NCBI GenBank assembly: GCA_951406725.2
Contig: OX597831.1
Span: forward strand, 53,196,001 to 53,260,000
Reading direction: 5' to 3'
DNA length: 64,000 nt
From: Octopus vulgaris
Lineage: Eukaryota
The position numbers and the translations under genes are program-made. Position 1 is the first letter of the stretch. Each line of letters opens with the position of its first letter. Positions 26,286 through 38,927 of the stretch are shown here, one piece after another. The notes beneath the pieces were generated by a model. The model was not told the origin of the DNA. It made no database searches and saw nothing but the letters and a program-made list of their open reading frames with translations.

Positions 26286-26859
26286 TTTTAATGCTTATTT
26301 ATTCCTATCGTTTTGAATTAGTCATGCATTAGCTTTGAGATTTCAATGATGTAATTCTGTATTTTTCGAATTACAGTGTAGAGTAGGTGTAAGAGGCTAG
26401 TTTTGACCAGTTTGAGCATAAAACAAGCAGAATATTTGGCCGAGATATGGCTGGTTTAAATGCTAAGGGATTATGGCCATCCTCTAAATTGTAATTGACA
26501 CTTCTATAATTTTGCTTTTTCTAAGCTGGAGTATTGACCCCACACAAACCCATTTTTACATCTGGGAAGAGGTGGTTCGTATTTGTTTAGCCTCTAACCT
26601 TTGGTAAAGATCTGATCCAGAGATCTGAAGTAGGTTTGAAGTAGAGAGGGCATATTATTGATAAGGTTGCAAATGGCAAGAAGAAAACTGATGAACTTAG
26701 ATGATTGATTGGAAAACAGATGTTAAACAATGATGATGATGATTGGCAGATATAAGCACTGATCATCAAACAGTTTTGTTGGCTGAAATCATAAACAAAG
26801 CTAGTGGCTTGTTTTGGCTCAAAAAGCCCAGTTACTATTGGCTCATGAGACACATGTCA

Positions 26860-27120
26860 AAACACCAGTGTCTCAGTCTCAAAATCCCAAGGGCAGCCTG
26901 TCTTGAATTCCTCTGTTATTGCCTGGATGACTATGATGAACAAGAGGTGGGTGAGCACCGATCCTTGATGAACCCTTACTTGTACCCTGAGTTCTTCACT
27001 GTACTCATTGCCAACCCTCACCTTGCTGGTAGCATCCCAGTACATAGCTTGTACAGCTGTCATCAACCACTTGTCTATCTCTAGTTTCTGCATTTACCAC
27101 CTGATAAGGGATCAGCTACT
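26860..27120 (-). mobile_element. RTE LINE reverse-transcriptase fragment
   Basis: [33 protein letters not shown], matching the RT motif GVxQGSVLSPLLF. Confidence 0.88.
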
Positions 27121-27619
27121 TGTGGCTCCAGTGAGCTTAAGAACTGAACTGGGTAATTGACAATTTCCAAGTCATCAACAACAGAGTTTATAGATTTGTA
27201 TGTTCATTTCCTGGTAAAAAACTTTCTTGAATCTTTCATTTAAATTATTCACAGTAATGTTCTTTGGTGCCATCATTGCTCTTTCGCACAACTGTTGTCA
27301 ACGTCATACTATATTTGTCTTAGGAAAGTTATTTGTATTTTTGTTTGTTGTAATACTTAAATTCAATAAATTACAGTATGTTTAGTTATCGCCATTAGAC
27401 CAGTCATCTATTTGAGAAATGTGGTTGGAAAAGGACCCTGTAGCTCCTTTAGGAGGGCACCTGGAAACTCTGGACCTCTTCTTCCATTGTCTTTGGCATA
27501 AAATTTTACACAAGAATTAACTTTTAGTTTTTATATAGTTGCTGTGACCTTTATTGCTGTAGATAGACAGACAGATGTGCACATGCACGCACGCACGCAC
27601 GCGCGCACGCACACACACG

Positions 27620-27678
<59 letters not shown>

Positions 27679-27987
27679 TCATCTTTATTATATATACATG
27701 CACACACACAATGGGCTTTATTCAGTTTCTGTCTACCAAATCTACTCACAAGGCTGAGTCTATAGTAGAAGACTCTTGCCCAAGATGTCATGATGTGAAA
27801 TTGAACCTGAAACCATGTGGTTGGGAAGCAAATTTCTTATCACACAGCCACACCTGTGTCTATATTCATTGAAATTATTATAATGAACTGAAGTAAAACT
27901 TTTTTTCTCTTGTTTACTTGTAATGAATGACTAAGACAAAATTTCAACATAATCCTTGATATGTTTTATACATCCGTTACTTTACAG

Positions 27988-28132
27988 CTGGTTATGAAGG
28001 GGACTCAAGTGACTCTAACAATGATGATGGAGCTTTCTTTAATGACACTGGTGGACAACGATCATCCATGCCAAACTTTTGGTTAATATTACGTGTAGAA
28101 GCCAAAAAAGTCACAATATATTATCATTCTCG
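27988..28132 (+). CDS. SZT2: SZT2 coding exon 15
   Basis: ttacag / gtaagt; GYEGDSSDS..MPNFWLILRVEAKKVTIYYHS; phase 1 to 2. Confidence 0.93.
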
Positions 28133-28785
28133 GTAAGTTTGAATGATGTAAAACAATTTGTATTACTTTACATTGCACTTCAATTTCAAATGCTAGCATT
28201 CTAATAATTTGATGTGAAATAACCATATAGCAAATTGAAAAAAATAAGGAAAACAAATGCTAGAAATATGTCTTTTACTTGTTCCAGTCATTAGATTGTG
28301 GCCTTGCTAGGTGCACTGCCTTGGAGGGTTCTAGTTGAACAAATCAGTCCTAGAACTTATCGTCTTTAAAGCCTGGTACTTATTTTATCTATCCTTTTGC
28401 CAGACTGCTAGTTTATGGGGATGTAAACAAACCTTATGTATGTATGTATGTATGTATGTATGTGTGTGTGTGTGTGTGCGTGTGTGTGTGTGTGTGTGTA
28501 TGTGTGTGTATGCATGCATGCATTTATTTTGGCATTAGGAAGGGCATCCACCTGTAGAAACCATGCCAAATCAGACTGGAGTCTGGTTCAACCCCTCAGC
28601 TTTCCAACCCTGGTCAAACTATCCAACCCATCCCTGAGAACTATGTTAAGGGTACACGTGTCTGTTGAGTGCTCAGCCATATGCACGTTAATTTCACTAG
28701 CTGGCTTTCCATTAGATCAACTGGAACCCTCATCATTGTAACCGACGGAGTGCCACGTATATATATATATATATATATATTTATA

Positions 28786-30055
28786 TCAGGTTGGTGCAAA
28801 AGTAATGTCCAATTTAAAGATCTAAGGTAAAAATGAATAACCAATGGCTATGGAAATATTTATTCATTAACATACTCTCCATTGCTTTCAATGACCTCAT
28901 TCTATCTTTCAACAACCTTATAAATGCCTCGCTTGTAAAATTCTGTAGGTTTAGAACTAAAATATGAATCCAACTCATTTTCATTCTCTTCTCTTGTTGT
29001 TAACCTAAGTCCATCAAAATGGTTCTGTAGTCCTTGGAACAAATGGTAATCAGAAGGAGCAAGGTCAGGAGAATATGGAAGATGAGGTAGTATTTCCCAA
29101 GCAAGTTCTTCCAAGAGAGTTTTGGTCATTCGAGCTGTGTGAGGATGAGCATTATCGTGATGGAAGATGACACCTTTCTGTTAACCAAGGATGCTCGCTT
29201 TTGGCTCAGAACTCTTTTCAAACGACCAAGTTGCTCACAGTAAAGATTAGCATTAATTGTTTGGTTGTTGTCCAACAGCTCATAATGGATTACTCCTCTA
29301 ATATCCCACCATACACTCAACATGATCTTCCTTGGATGAAGTCCTGCTCTTGGTTGTTGAACTAGCTGTCCTCCTCAACTGATCCAAGAACGGCAGTGTT
29401 TAACATTATGGTAAAGAATCCACTTCTCATCACCTGTAACAAGCCTGTCTAAAAATGTTGCTTGAAAGTGTCACGAAAGTAATGATTGACAACAAGCAGC
29501 ACGCTGTTGTCGATTCTCTGGAGACAACTCGTGAGGGACCCATTTTCCAGCCACTGACACCATTCCAAGGTGTTATAGCTGGCCATGGTTGTATGGGCCA
29601 TGTTTAACTGTTCTGCAAGTTCTCTAGTGGTAACGGTAGGGTTCTCTGAAACAAGAGCTTTCAACATTTCAGAATCAAGTTTTTTTGGATGACCCTCTTT
29701 TGACTCTTCTTTCAAAGTGAAATCACCACTTCAGAAACGGGAAAACCACCTCCTGCAGCTTCTTTCATTTACTAAATCATCCCCATAAGTGCTCTGAATA
29801 GATCTTGCTGCCGCACTTGCATTAACTCCCCCATGAAACTCGTAGAGTAAAACATTTTTTATGTGATCTTTAGATGGGACAAACATGGTCGTAAAATTTT
29901 CTGAGAATTATATCCAGAAGTTAGATAATCTGAAAGAAAATAGTACAAATTAGACACAAAGATATCTTAAAACTATAAGAAGCAGTTAAAAAATTAATAA
30001 ATTTGCTCTGAAATTTTTTTTCTAGAAATCGGACATTACTTTTGCATCAAACTGA
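28786..30055 (-). mobile_element. Full-length decayed mariner (DD34D, Hsmar1/cecropia-like TIRs)
   Basis: 1,270 bp; TIRs TCAGGTTGGTGCAAAAGTAATGTCC / GGACATTACTTTTGCATCAAACTGA; TA TSD. Confidence 0.93.
28860..29886 (-). pseudogene. Mariner transposase pseudogene
   Basis: ATG at 29886; motifs WVPHEL, TGDEKW, MLSVWWD, YSPDLAPSDYHLF spread over several frames, with a premature stop near the C-terminus. Confidence 0.92.
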
Positions 30056-30360
30056 TACACACACACACGCATATGTAGTGGTTTCTTTTTATCAGTCATA
30101 CTCCCAAGGCAGTAGTTCAATCAAGGTTATAGTAGAAGACACTTCTACCATGTTACTACCCAGCAGGCATGAACCTGAAACCACAAGGTTTCAAAGCAAA
30201 AACTACACATCCATATCTGTACCTATGAGATTATTTCAATTATATTTAGCTACAAAATACGCATAGATAAAGAAATTTTGGATTTTATAATGTCAGTCAA
30301 TATTTGTTGCCTTACATTTCTTTGCTGTTTTGTTCAGTTTTGTCTCCTCTCCTCTTACAG

Positions 30361-30454
30361 GAAATACAAAGATTTGTGCGTCACCCAGAATGTGAAGCAG
30401 TTAGTAACTGATGTCAGTGAAATTGTCATGGATACCTGCAAGCGGGTGAACCAA
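30361..30454 (+). CDS. SZT2: SZT2 coding exon 16
   Basis: ttacag / gtcagt; KYKDLCVTQNVKQLVTDVSEIVMDTCKRVNQ; phase 2 to 0. Confidence 0.9.
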
Positions 30455-30554
30455 GTCAGTCATAAATTATTATTATTATTATTATTATTATTAATATTGG
30501 AAAGCGGACGTTAAACGATGATGATGATTATTATTATTATTAACAACAACAACA

Positions 30555-31178
30555 ATGGTGGTGATCTGGCAGATTTGTTAGTATGCTGGGTAAAATGCTG
30601 AGCAGTATTTTGCCCATTGCTACATTCTGAGTTCAAATTCCACCGAGGTTGACTGGGGTCAATATAATCGACTCATCCCCTCTTCCAAAATTGCTGCCCT
30701 TGTGACAAATTTTGAAACCATTATTATTATTATTATTATCATCATCATCATCGTCGTCATCATCATTGGGCAAAATATTTTGAGGCATTTTTCCAGCTTA
30801 ATGTTCTGAGTTCAAATTATACTGAGGTTGACTTTGTCTTTCATCCTTTTGAGGTTGATAAATTAAGTACCAGTTGAACACTGGGGTTGATGGAATCGAC
30901 TTACCCCCATCCTTAAAATTGCAGGCTTTGTGCCAAAATTTGAATCCATTTTAATTTTAAAGAAGGTGGTGAGCTGACAGAATTGTTTATGTTCCAGACA
31001 AAATGCTTAGCGGCATTTCTTCTGGCTCTTTGCATTCTGAGTTCAAATTTTGTCAAGGTCAACTTTGCCTTTCAGCCTTTTGGGGTTGATAAAATAAGTA
31101 CCAGTTTAGCATTGGGGTTGATGTAATCAACTTACCCCAACCCCTAAAATTGCTGACTTTGTGTCAAAATCCAAAGCA

Positions 31179-31180
<2 letters not shown>
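30555..31180 (+). mobile_element. Three head-to-tail family C SINEs with microsatellite spacers
   Basis: Three repeats of the ..TTCTGAGTTCAAAT..AGGT(T/C)(G/A)ACT..AAAATTGC.. unit. A similar run of four copies lies at ~51480-52320. Confidence 0.8.
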
Positions 31181-31223
<43 letters not shown>

Positions 31224-31758
31224 GAGTGAGAGAGCATGCCATCAAAGTGACACTGGGGTACAAATATACAAAACCCAATATACCCATCATGACTACCCGT
31301 CTGATAATGGTACACTAGATACATGCATTGCAACCATATATGTGCAACATGATGATTTCATATCAAGATAAACAGTGCATGACCGTGCAGGAGGAGCCCA
31401 TTTAGAATTTTCTTCAGGTCGAGTAGCCCATCCCACTCAAAAGGACCCTGAATAAGGTTTGTCTAAGGATGTTGAACAAAACACACATATTTCCAGAGGT
31501 GAATTATTCAAACCCCAAAGAATTCCTCTCAATACATGGCTATGATGCTCCCTCACTATTTCTGCTTGTAATCAGAGATGCACATATCATCAGCCACTAA
31601 GGGACATGCTCAACTGGTTATGGTCAAACTACTGACAAGCAAATCCTTGGTATTGAGCATAATATTTGCTGTAACTCATCTTTTACACCAAGACAAAACA
31701 TGTACATGATAACACTTCCAATCAGAAGATCAAAAACCATAAGAGCCAGTACCTGGTA
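31224..31758. repeat. ~550-bp element, copy 1, embedded in (ATT)n
   Basis: Aligns end to end with 31827-32380; bounded by ATT/ATC arrays. Confidence 0.85.
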
Positions 31759-31790
31759 TTATTATCATCATCATCATCATTATTATTATT

Positions 31791-31825
<35 letters not shown>

Positions 31826-31826
31826 T

Positions 31827-32380
31827 GAGTGAGCGAGCAGAGCATGCCATCAAAGTGACACTGGGGTAAAATATACGAAGCCCAGTATACCCATCATGAC
31901 TACCCGTCTGATAAGGGCACACCAGGCACATGCATCACAACCATATGTGCGCGAAATGGTGATCTCATATCAAGATAAACAGCACATGACCTTGCAGGTG
32001 GAGCCCAGTTAGAATTTTCTTCAGATCGAGTAACCCATCCCGCTCAAAAGGTCCCTGAATAAGGGTTGTTTAAGGATGTTGAACGAAACACCCATGTTTC
32101 CAGAGGTAAATTATTCAAACCCCAAAGAATCCTTCTCAACACATGGCTATGATGCTCCCCACTACTTCTGCTCGTGATCAGAGATGCACATATCGTCAGC
32201 CACTAAGGGACATGCTCAACTGGTTAAGGTCAAACAACTGACAAGCAAATCTGTGGTATTGAGCAGAATATTTGCTGTAGCCCATCTTTTATACCAGGAC
32301 AAAACAATGTACATGATAACACTTCCAATCAGTTAAGATCAGAAGCCATGAGAGCCACTGCCTGGTACTGCATCAGGGCA
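31827..32380. repeat. ~550-bp element, copy 2, embedded in (ATT)n
   Basis: Diverged duplicate of 31224-31758, followed by a ~120-bp (ATT)n array; an inverted fragment also occurs at ~18355-18500. Confidence 0.85.
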
Positions 32381-32382
32381 TA

Positions 32383-32419
<37 letters not shown>

Positions 32420-32421
32420 CA

Positions 32422-32504
<83 letters not shown>

Positions 32505-32734
32505 TTTATTTTATTTTATTATTCCCTATTTCTATTTGGAATTTATTTTGCATTAAATGATTATTTACTGTTGAATGAATTTTTGTAGCTTGTCTTGTGG
32601 CAAATGGGGCTTGCAACTTGCTAGCTAGTTTTGAAGCTTGCCTTGTGCTGAATAAGTTTGGAAACCTGTCTGATGCTAAACTTGTTGTTTCGCAAATAAT
32701 CTTGTTTTCTGCCCTCTTTTATTCACCATTTCAG

Positions 32735-32843
32735 TTGTTTCTGCTTCATGATCTCTACACAACGCACAGCTGTAATGTGTTACTTGTTCCTGAAGCAGAT
32801 GAAGATGTCTGCTGGACTAAAGATAGATATGCAGGCCGAACAG
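32735..32843 (+). CDS. SZT2: SZT2 coding exon 17
   Basis: tttcag / gttagt; LFLLHDLYTTHSCNVLLVPEADEDVCW; phase 0 to 1. Confidence 0.93.
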
Positions 32844-33165
32844 GTTAGTTTTAACCCTTTATCATTCAGATTTCACTGTGTAACAAAGTTTTTTTTATTT
32901 TATTTTCTTTTTGGCCAGTAAGTGTTATTTCCTATTTGTTTCTATCTAGAAATCAAAGGAAATGACTACTATTCCCTTCAAGCCACAACACTGCAACAAG
33001 GGCTTAACCATTTGGTGGAGTGTCTATGTAATGTCTGTCTGTCTATTGTATATTTGTCTGATATCCAACGAACATCTGTGTGATAAGTGTCTCTGATTTG
33101 TGACCATTTTCCCTTGCTTACATGTGTTGGATATAAAACCTAACGCATGTTATTTTCATTTACAG

Positions 33166-33330
33166 ATCCAGAAGATGAAGAAGAGGATGATGAACAACAA
33201 AATTATGGCTATTTAGCAGATACACGTAGTTTTTTGCCTGGGCATTTTGCTTGTAAATGTATATGGGAATCCCATTTTCAGTTGCATCCCCGTTTGAAGA
33301 ATTGTGCACCACGGAGCAATGTTTCTACTG
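33166..33330 (+). CDS. SZT2: SZT2 coding exon 18
   Basis: ttacag / gtaaat; ..FLPGHFACKCIWESHFQLHPRLK; phase 1 to 1. Confidence 0.93.
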
Positions 33331-34483
33331 GTAAATTCAATTCTTAATTCTAATCACCATTTCTGTTGCTAATGGAGAGTATTAAAGTGTGTAGATTCAG
33401 ATGACTAATTGATAGGGACAGAGAGGGAGAAACCATGACTGTCTGATTGTTCTCAGCCTAAAGCCGTAGCTTCAGTGCTTGTAAGGAGATGGATTCTATT
33501 AAAGATACCAGATTATAAAAGTATAATGTAACTGTTAGGTTGTTACATGTAGGCACAATTGTATGCATAACCCTTTTGCAGGCAGAATGACATTTTGGTT
33601 GCAAGTGGTAAACAGGCAGGGCAATATTTTGTTTATTTTTGCCATAGCTCGATGTAAGACATTCTTTTATTGGCTGGTCATTGAATACTGAACGTTAATG
33701 TGTCAAAGCATCACTAGATGGCCCTACTGTATGCTTTCCTGTGAAATTCCCATGATTTGCATGTTATTACAGCATATTTTTAGAATGTTCCTCTCTCTCT
33801 TTCAGAGAGGCACTGAGCAGCTATACGCATACATACACACACGGCAGTAACTTCCGCCTACCGAATTCAATCACAAAGCTCCGGTCGGCACGGGGCTATA
33901 GTAGAAGACACCTGCCCAAAGTGCCACGCAGTGGGACTGAACCCGAAACCATGTAGTTATAAATTTAAATGCTCCAAAGCAACATGGTGGAACCCAGTGG
34001 TTCACAGGATTCTGTTCTTCATTCAGTGTAGACAAAATGTTTGTTATCTCAGAGGAGTCTGATGGTAACAGCAACAATCTAGGTCCTGGAAGTGATCTTG
34101 ATTTGTCCTATTTTTATATTTTGGGTACCATTTCAGATGACAAAATATAATGCATGTGCAAATGATGTTAATAATGCTGGTATGCATGTTTATAGTTTTG
34201 CTGTGTCTAGTAGTGAAAATGAGTTGGCATGATGATGGTGGTACCTCTGACAATAAGATGATACCATTGCAAATAAGTGGTAACATGTGGTAAGTGATGT
34301 CAAAAAAGGCAAGCTTCTTGTTATATATGATTTTGTTGGTCAAGATGAACCTGTATGGACACCAACTGAAGCTAGGCCTGTTGATTTTTTTTTTTGCTGA
34401 TTCTAATTCATTTATTATTTGGTTTAGGATTGTATCTAAATGTTACATAGAAAGATTGCAAACATCGTACTTTATTTTCATAG

Positions 34484-34583
34484 GTATGCATGCCCTGCGG
34501 TCAGTGTTGCACAAATTTTCTGTGAATAACAGAAAAAATATGTTTGTTATCAAGGATAAATTAGACAATTATTTCTATGTAAG
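34484..34583 (+). CDS. SZT2: SZT2 coding exon 19
   Basis: tcatag / gtaaga; MHALRSVLHKFSVNNRKNMFVIKDKLDNYFYV; phase 1 to 2. Confidence 0.93.
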
Positions 34584-36328
34584 GTAAGAATTATTTTAGT
34601 TTGTTTTCTTCTTTTCTCTTTACCTAATTGCTTCTCTTCCTTCATCTTTTATCATCTTTTACTTGTTCCAGTTATTGGACTGCAGCCATGCTAGGGGTAC
34701 TGCTATGGAGGGTTTGGTAACAACGAATCAATCCCAGTACTTATTTTATAAGTCTGGTACTCATTCAATCATTCTCTTTCGCTGAGTTATGGGGATGTAA
34801 ATAAATCAACATCAGTTAAGTGATGATGTGGGGACAAACACAACACAAATACAAAGGCATAGACTCACTCACACACACACACACGCGCACACTTGCACGC
34901 ATACACTACATGATGGGCTTCGTTCAGTTTCCATCTACTAAATCCACATGCAAGGCTATGGTTGACCCATGGCTATAATAGAAGACACTTGTCCAAGTGC
35001 CCTGCCATAGGACTGAATCCAAAATCATGCAGCTGGGAAGCAGTCTTCTGAACCATGCAGCTATGCCTGCTCTGACAGATGATTTTAAAGTTAAATTTTG
35101 TTTTATGCTTCATGTAAGAGAACCATCCGAATGTGGCCATTGCCAGCACTGCATGTAAAAAGCACCAACTGATCGTGGCTGTTGACAGCCTCATCTGGCA
35201 CCTGTGCTGGTGGCACGTAAAAAGCACCCACTACACTCACGGAGTGGTTGGCGTTAGGAAGGGCATCCAGCTGTAGAAACACTGCCAGATCAGACTGGGC
35301 CTGGTGCAGCCTCCTGGTTTCCCAGATCCCAGTTGAACCGTCCAACCCATGCTAGCATGGAAAGCGGACATTAAACGATGATGATGATGATGATGATGTG
35401 GGTGTGTGGCCTAGTGGTTAGAGTGTTGCACTCACAATCACCAGATCATGGGTTTGCTTTCCAGACTGCGTGGCGTGTTGTGTTCTTAAACAAAACTCTT
35501 ATTTGATGTTGCTCTAGTGCTGTGTGGGGCTGGCATACCAAGGAATAGACCCAATGTTTTCTCTGTGTGTGCTGTAAGAGGTAACAGCAAGAGGTGAAGG
35601 TGAAGTAGGACTTGCACTCTGACCTCATAAAACCCTCATCAGTATTGACTGCACAAAACAGATCCATGGGTTGGAGGGTTGTTTGCCTGAGTGGTGCAAA
35701 GTTATCATCAACCAGGAGTAGGGAATCACCAACAAGTGATGGATGCAGTAATGTGCTGTTACAAGGCATGCCCTCATAGCAGTGGTGGTAGTGGTAGTTG
35801 TAGTGCAACTGATACTACTTATGTCCAAATCAGCACAAAAAACAGGCAATCTTACTTGCATTCCATCCATGTTTACACCAGCTTTGTACAAATAAAAAGT
35901 GGTTGAAAATATTATTAAAAAAATATATTTAACAATTTTTTTATTTGCAATTTTCAAACTTTGTTTTTTCTTTTGTATCTGCTTTTCATCTATACATAGG
36001 TAGGTAAGTCATAAAACTAAAATTTGTTGGTGCAACTACTTTTAATTGTCTAGGCTCTCTTTAATGTTATCCATTCAATCAAGAAATAAGGAGTGATGTT
36101 AGATGATGAGAAAGCTAAAGCCAATGAAGGAGTCTCTACATGGTTGCTGAAATCCGCTAGAAGTAGCAGCTAAATTCTTTTCAAAATGACGCCCTACCAT
36201 CATTTAGTGTCCTTTTTCCATGCTAGCGTGGGTTACACAGAGCTCTATCAGGTTCCAGTCTTATTTTGGCTTGGTTTCTATGGATGGATGCCCTTCGTGA
36301 TGCCAACCTCTCCAAGAGTGTAGGGGGT

Positions 36329-36610
36329 GCCTTTTATTTGTCACCAGCATGGGTGCCTTTTACATGTCACTGGCACAGGCGTCTCTTAAATGTCACTAGC
36401 ACAGGTACCTCTTATGTGTCACTGGTATGGGTACCATTTACATGTCACTGGTACTGGTACCATTTACATATCAGTTGCACAAGTGCCTTATATGTGTCAC
36501 CAGCACAGATGCCTTTTACGTGTCACTGGCACAGGTGCCATTTAAATGTCACTGATGCAGGTGCCATTTATGCATCACTGGTATGGTTGCCTTTTATGTG
36601 TCACCAACAC
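36329..36610. repeat. 26-bp minisatellite (~11 units) inside an antisense RTE-tail repeat
   Basis: Unit consensus GCCTTTTACATGTCACTGGCACAGGT repeated head to tail. Confidence 0.85.
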
Positions 36611-36729
36611 TGTCCACATCTACGATTTCACTTGACTCAGTGAGTCTTCTCAAGCACAGCAAATCATAAAGGTTTTGAAAAAAAAATGACTTGTTGGATA
36701 ACAACCACTTAATGTCTTAAAAGGTATTT

Positions 36730-37090
36730 AAATAACTCTTGATCAATGAGTACATGAAGCCACCAGAATTCCTTTGATACCAGGATATTTTGCAGGATTA
36801 TAAGTTACCATTGGTTGCATATTGCATCCAGTGATTGGCTCTACTCAGAAACTAGGATGCACCCTGTCACTGGTATGATTTAGAACTACCAGCTTAGACT
36901 GTTTGGCCATGTTGCCCAATTTTCCAAGTTAGACCCTGCTTATCATGTTCTCTTCACTGAGGATCTGGTTGGGTTGATTGCTTGTTATGTTTGACCGTAT
37001 ACTACATGATCAAAGCAGATGAAGTGGTATCTCACAGAGATGGAGGCCAGCTAGGACTCTGCTTGATGGGTCACCTGGAAGGACCTGGGA
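36730..37090 (+). mobile_element. RTE-like LINE C-terminal fragment (second family)
   Basis: ..RNYQLRLFGHVAQF..DPAYHVLFTED, resembling the RLRLFGHVAR motif of RTE ORFs. Confidence 0.6.
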
Positions 37091-37663
37091 ACATCACCAT
37101 CATCATTTAATGTCTCTTTTTCATGCTGACATGGGCTGGACAGTTTGACAAGAGCTGATCAGCTGTTCAGGCTTTATGTCTGTTTTGGCATGGTTTTTAC
37201 AGCTGGATGCCCATCCTAATACCAATCACTTTACAGAGTGTACTGGGTGCTTTTATGCAGCACCAGCATGGGTGATTTTTATGTGGCACCAGCACTTTAC
37301 AAGCCTGCAAGATTAGGGATGCTCAGCTGGAGAGGGTTGCAAGGGACAAGCCTGTATGCAATGATAACCACACTTTTACTTAGCATATCAACACATTGTG
37401 AATGCAGCATGGTGAAGCCTCACTGTGATCAAGCCTCACCGTGATGTGCTTTGTCAGGGCTGACTTGAGGCTAAACAACAGCAACATGAGGGATGGTACC
37501 CTATTTTCAACTAAGCTGAGTAAAGCAATGTTTTTCATTCAGCATCACATTTATTTAGCTTTACTAAGATTTGAACTTGTTATCTTTGTGTTAGCAGCTA
37601 AGTATATTCTGCCACCTACACCTCTACTATTCAATTAAACAAATAAAATACTTGTTTTTACAG

Positions 37664-37740
37664 ATTAAATGAAGGTAAACTAAGTTGCAGCTCTGATGAT
37701 TTGGGAAACAGTCGGCAGGATTATGACTGCTCATTTTCAG
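37664..37740 (+). CDS. SZT2: SZT2 coding exon 20
   Basis: ttacag / gtttgt; LNEGKLSCSSDDLGNSRQDYDCSFS; phase 2 to 1. Confidence 0.85.
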
Positions 37741-38877
37741 GTTTGTTTCTTTAACTAACTATTTAATTAATTAGCACTGCTAAAAATGATGGTTTCTAAT
37801 TTAGGCACAAGGCTAGCAATTGTGAGGGGAGGGAATTTTTTGAGTACATCGACCCCAGAGGAATGAAAGGTATGGTTGACTACAGCTGGATTTGAATTCA
37901 GAATGATAATTAATGGAAGAAATACTGCGAGGCATTCTTTTATGATGTGCTCTGACAATTCTGCCAGCTTACTACCTTAACACTTCTAAAATAATCCTTT
38001 TTATTATAGGCCCAAGGCCTGAAACTTTGTTGGCTGGGGGCTAGTTGATTATATTCACACCAGTGTGCAACTGGTACTTATTTCATCAACCCCAAAAGGA
38101 TGAAAGGCAAAGTCAACCTTGGCAGAATTTGAACCCAGAATGTAGGGATGAAAGCATTTCATTCAGCATGCTAACGATTCTGCCAGCTTGCCACATTAAG
38201 CACTTCAAAAAAAAAATAAAAACAAAAAATTTTAAATACTAGAACTTTGTTGCTTTATATTGAATGGACAATTTGTTGTTACTTTGTGTGTAAACCCTGC
38301 TAGGGTTGATATTGTGATACATAAAATATATTTTAGCAATTTACTGAAAGCGGTATAATCAACTCCAGCCTCCTCGCTCCTTATAATTGATCCTATGTTT
38401 TAGTGAAATGTGTGTGTGTGTATTGTTTTTTGTTTCTTTGTTTTGTCAAAGCTCTTTCATTACACACCCTGTGACCTCTTCAAATGACTCTTTATCTTGC
38501 ATGTCTCCTTGATTTGTGACAAAAGGGCTTTGACAAAAATACAAAAATAATAATAATAAAGCTGAAGTAAAGACCAAACATACTTGGTGTATTTGTGTGT
38601 GTAATTTTAAACAAACTGTCTGCTAAGATTGTACTTTGACATGGTTATTTGATCTGCTGGAAATAGTAGACAAATCCTTTTCATATCATATCCCACCATC
38701 TTCTCCAAGGTGCCTCGCATGGTTGGAAAGGGAGCTTCTCAACTTCACATCCATACGTAGACAATCTGAAAAAACAAAATATTTTTGTTAAATGCACAAA
38801 AATACCTAAATGAAGATGTGGCACAAGGTACATAAAAATATTTCATTGATTTTTAATCTGTCTGTTTTATATTTCAG

Positions 38878-38927
38878 ATTACACAACAGTTTCACCAATC
38901 CTTAATTCAAAGAGAGATGATGATGAG
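38878..38927 (+). CDS. SZT2: SZT2 coding exon 21 (50-nt mini-exon)
   Basis: tttcag / gttggt; YTTVSPILNSKRDDDE; phase 1 to 0 as required. Confidence 0.8.

Noticed and set aside
31895-31965. Hammerhead-like CTGATAAG..GCGCGAAA in the ATT-flanked element
   Set aside because: The core is CTGATAA rather than CTGANGA, stems I and III do not close, and the sister copy at ~31300 lacks GAAA.
36329-36610. Regularly spaced repeats resembling a CRISPR array
   Set aside because: The units are contiguous with no unique spacers, in a eukaryotic intron; this is a minisatellite.
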